From the NCBI GenBank assembly GCA_039801225.1, contig JBDRUH010000021.1, positions 1 through 22,062 of the forward strand: DNA of 22,062 nt. The letters run 5' to 3'. The stretch's first letter is position 1. Each line of letters opens with the position of its first letter. The notes below the pieces were generated by a model. That model saw only the letters and a list, made by a program, of their open reading frames with translations, had not been told where the DNA came from and ran no database searches. Made by a program: the position numbers and the translations under genes. This DNA is from a candidate division WOR-3 bacterium. Lineage in GTDB: Bacteria > Hydrothermota > Tepidihabitantia > Tepidihabitantales > Tepidihabitantaceae. Shown here piece by piece: positions 16,454 through 22,062 of the stretch.

Positions 16454-17809
16454 CTACTGAAGCAATATTGCCTTGGCAGATACCGCTCTGCCGTTAACTG
16501 TCAAGCGGCAGAAATAGGTCCCGCAGGCAACCGGTTTGCCTTTGGCATCACGCCGGTCCCAGGTTTTTGAATACTCTCCTGGCTGAACCCTTTCCTTAAT
16601 CAGCATTTTTACCAGTGCACCAGTTGTATTGTAAATGCCGAGCATAACCTCGCCAGGTTGAGGAACAGAGAAATTCAGCAATGCCTGTTTCTTGACCGGG
16701 TTGACAATCCTGAGGGAAGGTTCCTTTTCACTAACTAACTTTAATTCGGTTATGCCACTGGTGGGAATTAAACCTTCTTCCAGATTTGTTAGATAGGTTG
16801 GGGTAGAGCAATCAGAACCATACGCAACCCAGATGGAGTTACCAACAACATTGGGCATATGCCAGCCCCGACTTGTGTTCATATGCGTCTCAGTTGACCA
16901 GGTATTGGATGGAATATGGTATTTATAGACTATGTTGTCAGCGGATAAAGACCCATCAATTGAACCACCTAAAACATAGAGAAGAGTATCCTGATAAGCG
17001 ACCATCCGGTGATATATTCTTGGTCCAGGCATACTTGCCTTCTGAGTCCAGGAGTTGGCGGTTGGGTTATATTCCCAGCAGTCCTGAAGTGTATTGCTAC
17101 TGGCATCACTGCCACCGGTCACATAAACCTTACCACCAGTGCCAACCGCTGCTGCCCATCCCCGCCCAACTGGAATTGAAGCCCGGGTGCTCCACATATT
17201 ACTCGCCGGATCATATTCATAGGTGGTTCCTTCATAATACTCACTCCCGATGACATAAAGTTTATCATCGGCTACCGCACCACAAGAGGCCCACACCCCA
17301 GCGCCGGGCATATTTGCCATCTGGGTTACTGTCTTAGTGTCAAGGTCAATCTCTTCACAGGTGTAAAGCGTATTGTGCGATGAGTCTCTACCACCAGCAA
17401 CATAGATTTTGTTGCCAATCAATCCACCAGCGCCGGCGCGCCTCGGGGTTAATAGAGTTGGCAGACCAGCAGTAATCCAGGTAGAGTTCTGGATATCATA
17501 GGCGGTAATTGTGCGCACCGAACTGTTTGCTAACATATCTCTACCACCACAGAAGTATATCGTATCCCTTACCACGCCGGTGCCGGAACACCAATATCTA
17601 CCAGAACCTGGTGCAGAATTTTTATTGGACCAGATTAGGTCACCAGGAAGCACTTGAGTTGGGCTGGGGAGATTTTTGTTAACCCCATCTGAGACATTTC
17701 CTTTCATAATGTCGTTTTGAGTTCCGTCATTGACAGTTGGCTTCAATCCAGCCGCTGTCGCCAGACTCAAGAGGCAAACTACTGTGAGGAGCGCTACTTT
17801 GTTTTTCAT
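16454..17809 (-). CDS. Secreted kelch-repeat beta-propeller protein with T9SS type A/FlgD-Ig C-terminal domain
   Basis: Signal peptide MKNKVALLTVVCLLSLATA; GGAGG RBS; about six kelch blades (IYFCGG, IYVAGG, LYVIG, VYVTGG, LYVLGG; YD/NP..N.W); tail IYNTTGALVK..WDRRD.KG..VACGTYFCRL. Confidence 0.85.
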   Translation of the reverse strand: MKNKVALLTVVCLLSLATAAGLKPTVNDGTQNDIMKGNVSDGVNKNLPSPTQVLPGDLIWSNKNSAPGSGRYWCSGTGVVRDTIYFCGGRDMLANSSVRTITAYDIQNSTWITAGLPTLLTPRRAGAGGLIGNKIYVAGGRDSSHNTLYTCEEIDLDTKTVTQMANMPGAGVWASCGAVADDKLYVIGSEYYEGTTYEYDPASNMWSTRASIPVGRGWAAAVGTGGKVYVTGGSDASSNTLQDCWEYNPTANSWTQKASMPGPRIYHRMVAYQDTLLYVLGGSIDGSLSADNIVYKYHIPSNTWSTETHMNTSRGWHMPNVVGNSIWVAYGSDCSTPTYLTNLEEGLIPTSGITELKLVSEKEPSLRIVNPVKKQALLNFSVPQPGEVMLGIYNTTGALVKMLIKERVQPGEYSKTWDRRDAKGKPVACGTYFCRLTVNGRAVSAKAILLQ

Positions 17810-17902
17810 ATTTTTCCTCCTTGGCGTTTATAGTTTAACTGCTATTAAACTATCTATAGATAAAAATAAAAAAAGAGGTTTCATCTTTCTTAAAATTAAT
17901 TC

Positions 17903-17930
17903 ATTATATATAATTTATTAGATTAGTCAA
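17903..17930 (-). promoter_or_regulatory. Promoter for kelch gene
   Basis: TTGACT (17930-17925), 16 bp, TATAAT (17908-17903) in an AT-rich tract. Confidence 0.6.
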
Positions 17931-18029
17931 AATAACGCTTTTTTGTGTAAATTTAGCCTTTGGTTTTGGACGATGGTACAAAGTCCCTGAATCGCGTAAG
18001 ACGAACCCGGCGATTCGCTATTGCAGTGA

Positions 18030-18057
18030 TTGACGGTATGGGTTGCACGGATAAAAT
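18030..18057 (+). promoter_or_regulatory. Promoter for tRNA-Thr/PAS gene
   Basis: TTGACG (18030-18035), 16 bp, TAAAAT (18052-18057). Confidence 0.55.
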
Positions 18058-18077
18058 AGACTATATTAAGTCTGAAA

Positions 18078-18150
18078 GCCGGCGTAGCTCAGTTGGTAGA
18101 GCAGCGGTTTCGTAAATCGCAGGTCGCCCGTTCAACCCGGGCCGCCGGCT
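18078..18150 (+). tRNA. tRNA-Thr(CGT)
   Basis: GCCGGCG acceptor, TAGCTCAGTTGGTAGAGC, GCGGT-TTCGTAA-ATCGC anticodon arm, GCCCG-TTCAACC-CGGGC, CGCCGGC-T; no CCA. Confidence 0.94.
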
Positions 18151-18168
18151 TAATAAAGAAAGTGAGGT

Positions 18169-19983
18169 ATGATTTTTCCTAAAGGTCCAGACCCGCGCCG
18201 GTTATTAGAGGAGCAGGCGGCATTTGAGGAAGCGGAACGGCGTAGGGCAGAGATGCGTGCCCGAGCCATCTTTGACAGTTTAATTGATTCAAGTCCGGTC
18301 GCAATAGAAATCTTTGACAATCAAGGTAACCTTACCAAAAGCAACAAAGCGGCGGAACGCCTTTTGGGTAAAGTGCCACCTCCGGGTATTAATCTGTTTG
18401 AAGAAAAGGGGTTAAAGCGCACCGGGCTTCTTGAACCTCAACTAAAACGGGTGTTTGCCGGTGCCCGGGTAGAGACACCTCCTATTTGGTATGACCCGGG
18501 GGAGATAGGGCTTATGGAAACATTGGGTAAAAAGGTCTGTTTCCGGGCAACCGCCTTTCCTTTGCTTGATGCCGAAGGCGCGGTGAGGATGGTGGCGGTG
18601 GTCTATGAGGACCTGACCGAACTTAAAAAGACTGAGGAGGCGCTTCAGGAAATCAAAAGTTCTACCCTTTATTCTATTTTGGAAACCCCTGACACAGCGA
18701 TAAGCGGCGATGTCCGGGATGTTGAGTTTGCCCGACGCAAGGTGGAACAGGCATTGCGGGAAAGTGAGGAAAGGTATCGGGCGCTTTTAGAATCGGCTCG
18801 GGACATCTGCATCGTTCGTTTTGCTGATGACGGTCGCATTATCGCCATTAGCCCTTCGGTTCAGGAAATTATGGGCGTCTCCCGGGAAGCGGTAATGACC
18901 GATAACTCGGTCCTTTTTGCTCAAGTTCACCCTGAGGATATAACTAAAGTCCGAGCGGTTGAAGCCGAAGTAAGAAAAACCGGTGAGTATCCTCAAGGAC
19001 ATCAGTTCCGGGTTGTGAAGAAACCCAGCGGGGCGGTTGGCTGGGTGGAAATGCGCGGCAGGGCGGTTACCTTCGCCAGTCGGCGAACATTTGAGGTTTT
19101 TATTCTTGACATAACTTTTCAGAAGCGTCTTGAAGAACGCCTTGAGAAAAAAGAGGCGGATATCACTACCCTTCTGCAAAGCCCGAATGACGGTTTTATG
19201 GTTATCAATAATGATTGGGTTGTTACCGCTTGGAGTAAGGGGGCAGAGAAGGAGACCCGGATAAGTAGCAAAGAGGCGATGGGGAAGAAACTCTGGGATA
19301 TATATCCAGAACTTGAGCAAAGTGGTATGGCCGCTCCATTCCGGAAGACTATGCTTGAGCACCAGCCGCAATATCAGGAGTTATTTTATTCTGATGGGAG
19401 AGAGCGAATGGCCGGTTGGTTTGCTTTGAGCACCTATCCATTTGATTCCGGAGTATTTGCCCTTATCCGCAACATTACTGCCCGGAAGAGAATAGAGATG
19501 GCATGGCAAGAAGCCGAGTCCCGTCTTAATGCTGTTATCAATAACCCGATGGTGCTCATTGCTTATAAAGACCGCTCACTCCGTTACATCGCCGCCAATG
19601 CGGTTGCCCAGAAACTACTTGGTGGTGCTACAGGAGAAGTGGTTGGCAAAACCGACGCCGAACTTTTTCCGGCAACGGTTACCGCGCTATTAGGCTCCCA
19701 TGACCGGCAGGTTCTATCTCAAGGTATTTCTTTTACATTAGAACTTGCCCTTGGTGACCCCAAGAGTGAAACAACTGTCTGGCTCGCACTTACCAAACAG
19801 CCTTGGTGTAACTCATCTGGTGAGGTGATCGGCATCTTAGACATTGGTTTTGATATCACCCGCTTGGTTCATACCCAGCAGGAACTTGCCCGGCAAAAGG
19901 AGGAGGTGGCAAAGTTCCTTACCGGTCAAGAAATGGCGCTTCAACACCTCCAGGATGCGGTTTTGAGGAAAGGAATGAAGTGA
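18169..19983 (+). CDS. Multi-PAS domain protein (four PAS/PAC) with coiled-coil linkers and no output domain
   Basis: PAS-end signatures EDLTE, LDIT, RNITARK, FDITR; LRESEERYRALLE linker; VHPED; GKTDAELFP; GAGGT RBS 18 nt after tRNA-Thr. Confidence 0.85.
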   Translation: MIFPKGPDPRRLLEEQAAFEEAERRRAEMRARAIFDSLIDSSPVAIEIFDNQGNLTKSNKAAERLLGKVPPPGINLFEEKGLKRTGLLEPQLKRVFAGARVETPPIWYDPGEIGLMETLGKKVCFRATAFPLLDAEGAVRMVAVVYEDLTELKKTEEALQEIKSSTLYSILETPDTAISGDVRDVEFARRKVEQALRESEERYRALLESARDICIVRFADDGRIIAISPSVQEIMGVSREAVMTDNSVLFAQVHPEDITKVRAVEAEVRKTGEYPQGHQFRVVKKPSGAVGWVEMRGRAVTFASRRTFEVFILDITFQKRLEERLEKKEADITTLLQSPNDGFMVINNDWVVTAWSKGAEKETRISSKEAMGKKLWDIYPELEQSGMAAPFRKTMLEHQPQYQELFYSDGRERMAGWFALSTYPFDSGVFALIRNITARKRIEMAWQEAESRLNAVINNPMVLIAYKDRSLRYIAANAVAQKLLGGATGEVVGKTDAELFPATVTALLGSHDRQVLSQGISFTLELALGDPKSETTVWLALTKQPWCNSSGEVIGILDIGFDITRLVHTQQELARQKEEVAKFLTGQEMALQHLQDAVLRKGMK

Positions 19984-20188
19984 AGAGTAGGTTAGTGGGG
20001 CTAATAATGTCATCCTGATGGGTAAGCGGAAAAGCTGGACCTCTCAGCACATCCTAAAGAAAAGTCCTAAGGTAACGTCCGCGGCTAACTTTCCGAAACG
20101 ACTTACGGCATTATCGCGTAAGAGGTCAACTCATAAATGTCTATACCCTGCCATCCCGATAGGCTTATTTTCGCAAGTAATGTTCTAA

Positions 20189-21982
20189 CTACTCTCCAAT
20201 TATCCTAAATTCAGTGCGGCGGTTTTTTGCCATTCCTTCTTCAGTGTCGTTTGGCGCAATGGGCTGGGTGTCGGCATAACCCCGAGCGATAAGCCTTTCA
20301 GGCGCTATTTGGAAATTTTCTATCAAGAACTTACGCACCGCCTCTGCCCTTGCCTGAGAGAGTTCCCAGTTGGAGGGAAACTCAGCGGTATTTATCTCCC
20401 TTGGGTCGGTGTGACCGGCAAGTTCGACAACTATGCCTGGGTTCTCCTGAAGAATTCTGCCCGCCTTGTTTAGAATGGGAATAAATTTCGGCAATATGTC
20501 CGCCTTACCAGTTTCAAAGTTCACACCTTCAAGGATTATCGTCTCTTTTGGTTTTACGAGATAGAAGTCGCGGCGGACAATTTTTCCCGGTTCAAGGGTT
20601 AATGTGCAGCTCTGGGGAATGTAACCTTCTGGACCTTGAACATTAAGGGTGTATTTACCTGAAGGAAGGCTTCTTATCACAAAGGTCCCAGAGACTGAAT
20701 CGGCGACCTCTTTCCCGAACGCCGGTCCCTGATAGGTTATATTTCCAGAAATGGGTTTATTGGTTGCCGCGTCATATATTGTTCCAAGGAGGGTGCTGTA
20801 TTTCACCCGCTCTAATGCGATAACGGCGGACTGTTCTCGGTCACCCAAGATTCTCATTGTGTCGGTGCGGGAATTGTAGCCAGGGCTGTAGGTATAAATT
20901 ACTAACTGACCGGGCAATAGTCCCTTTTGCAGTAACTCACCACTCTTATCAGTTTCACCCTTGAAGTCCTTTATTCCCGAGAGAGTTACTTGAGCCCAAA
21001 GAGGTCGGCGGGTTTCGGCATCAATCACCCGGAGTCTTAAACTGCCTAAACCTTTACGGAGAAGTTTGAGAGACAAACTGAGCCGATGGGCAAAACCAAG
21101 TTTGCCATAAGGGGAGAGGGAGTAGTCTAAGGCAAACTTGCCTAAGTTAACTCCTACCCCAGCGGTAATACCGTTGGCAAGACCGGCATCGCTTAGATCT
21201 GCTGGTCCACTGCGATAACCAAATCGGAGGGCGAGTTCGCTCACCGGTAGGTATTCAATACCGAACCTCAGGTTTAACTTGCTGTCAAAGGGTAGTATGC
21301 CATCAAGCACCACCTTAAAGTCTCTCTGGAATGATGGTATTGGAAGTTCACCGGTATAAGAGATGCCGATACCGATTTCACCGGGCGGATATTCAGAAGT
21401 GGAGTTATAGCGCATCAAACCCAGATTTCTGATCACAGCACCTATCCCTAAAAATGGCAAAGGTCGTCCCCAAAACCCCAAATCCAATGCACCACCAAAA
21501 CCTTTACTCAGAAGGAGATTTTCATAACAGGCTTTGACCGCACCGCCTAAGTAATAATTGGCAGCAACAGGAGCGCCATAGCCGAGCGTAAGAACCCCAT
21601 CATATGTGGCAAAAGTATCACCGGGATTGTTGAATTCATCATAAAATTCAATGCCGGAGGTGCCAGAATAGACAAGACCCAGACCGAACGCACCTTGTTT
21701 AAAGGGCAGGACGGAGTGGATGAGTTCATCATTGATATCAGAAAAGAAGGAACTATGGGTGAAGGAAAAGTGATAGTCGGACATTTTGCCCAGACCAGCC
21801 GGGTTCCAGTATACTGTTGCAGCATCATCGGCAAGACCAATGTTTGATTCACCCATCGCTGTTGGTCGGGCGCCTTGACCCGCCTTTAATAGTGCTAAGA
21901 CCGAACTTCCTGGACCATCATAATAACCAACTGCGGCAGCAGTTGTAGTTTTAAGCAAAGTTAAAAGAACGCAGAAGAACAT
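20189..21982 (-). CDS. PorV/PorQ(UPF0164)-like outer-membrane barrel fused to two carboxypeptidase-regulatory-like domains and an OmpA/MotB C-terminal domain
   Basis: GARPTAMG....LADDA..VYWNPAGL N-terminal signature; LALRFGY..G...GVG...DYS..PYG.LG..HRLSL barrel end; G.V/I.DA.T..P Ig domains; VNFETGKA, GHTD, NWELSQARA, GYADTQP, NRRTEF. Start uncertain because the frame is open to the window edge. Confidence 0.8.
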   Translation of the reverse strand: MFFCVLLTLLKTTTAAAVGYYDGPGSSVLALLKAGQGARPTAMGESNIGLADDAATVYWNPAGLGKMSDYHFSFTHSSFFSDINDELIHSVLPFKQGAFGLGLVYSGTSGIEFYDEFNNPGDTFATYDGVLTLGYGAPVAANYYLGGAVKACYENLLLSKGFGGALDLGFWGRPLPFLGIGAVIRNLGLMRYNSTSEYPPGEIGIGISYTGELPIPSFQRDFKVVLDGILPFDSKLNLRFGIEYLPVSELALRFGYRSGPADLSDAGLANGITAGVGVNLGKFALDYSLSPYGKLGFAHRLSLSLKLLRKGLGSLRLRVIDAETRRPLWAQVTLSGIKDFKGETDKSGELLQKGLLPGQLVIYTYSPGYNSRTDTMRILGDREQSAVIALERVKYSTLLGTIYDAATNKPISGNITYQGPAFGKEVADSVSGTFVIRSLPSGKYTLNVQGPEGYIPQSCTLTLEPGKIVRRDFYLVKPKETIILEGVNFETGKADILPKFIPILNKAGRILQENPGIVVELAGHTDPREINTAEFPSNWELSQARAEAVRKFLIENFQIAPERLIARGYADTQPIAPNDTEEGMAKNRRTEFRIIGE

Positions 21983-22013
21983 AAGGGCTTTTCCCGGACA
22001 ACCCCCTCGGCTC

Positions 22014-22062
22014 CGTCTTTCCGAGCTTCTTCGGTTTCGGTCATTCCGACTGAGCCAACGGC
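22014..22062 (+). repeat. Two partial CGTC-type repeat heads at the window edge
   Basis: CGTCTTTCCGAGC (22014-22026) and GGTCATTCCGACTGAGCC (22039-22056); the latter matches 12782-12797 at 15 of 16 positions. Confidence 0.5.

Noticed and set aside
18787..19371. 194-aa antisense ORF, and other short ORFs nested in or opposite the main genes
   Set aside because: Shadow frames of well-supported genes with no recognisable motifs.
20015..20035. Hammerhead-like CTGATG...GAAA
   Set aside because: Core reads CTGATGG rather than CTGANGA, and the three required stems are missing.
17991..20124. 11-bp direct repeat ATCGCGTAAGA flanking tRNA-Thr and the PAS gene
   Set aside because: Many 11-bp matches are expected by chance in 22 kb; it is not a tRNA-end duplication and no integrase is present.

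Overview
A 22 kb bacterial chromosomal window with no integrase, transposase or CRISPR array. The kelch-repeat type, T9SS/FlgD-Ig tails and PorV-like barrel suggest an FCB-related uncultured diderm such as candidate division WOR-3; this is an inference, not a database result. It contains a 5'-truncated saccharopine dehydrogenase, four signal-peptide proteins ending in a T9SS type A/FlgD-Ig-like C-terminal domain (1336 aa multidomain adhesin-like, M23-like peptidase, 460 aa unknown, kelch propeller), DUF4321- and DUF488-like genes, a heterodimer-type M16 peptidase pair, an iron-sulfur flavoprotein, a SAM methyltransferase, an 18-aa-repeat protein, rarA, a four-PAS protein without output domain, and a PorV-like barrel fused to two carboxypeptidase-regulatory-like domains and an OmpA/MotB domain. 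There are three CCA-less tRNAs (Leu-CAA, Asn-GTT, Thr-CGT), near-consensus sigma70 promoters, several apparently leaderless genes, and an intergenic cluster of palindromic and heptamer repeats at about 12.44-12.90 kb. The strongest leads are the non-canonical T9SS-like cargo plus peptidoglycan-anchored PorV module, the mixed repeat cluster, and a heptamer repeat that encodes a signal peptide.
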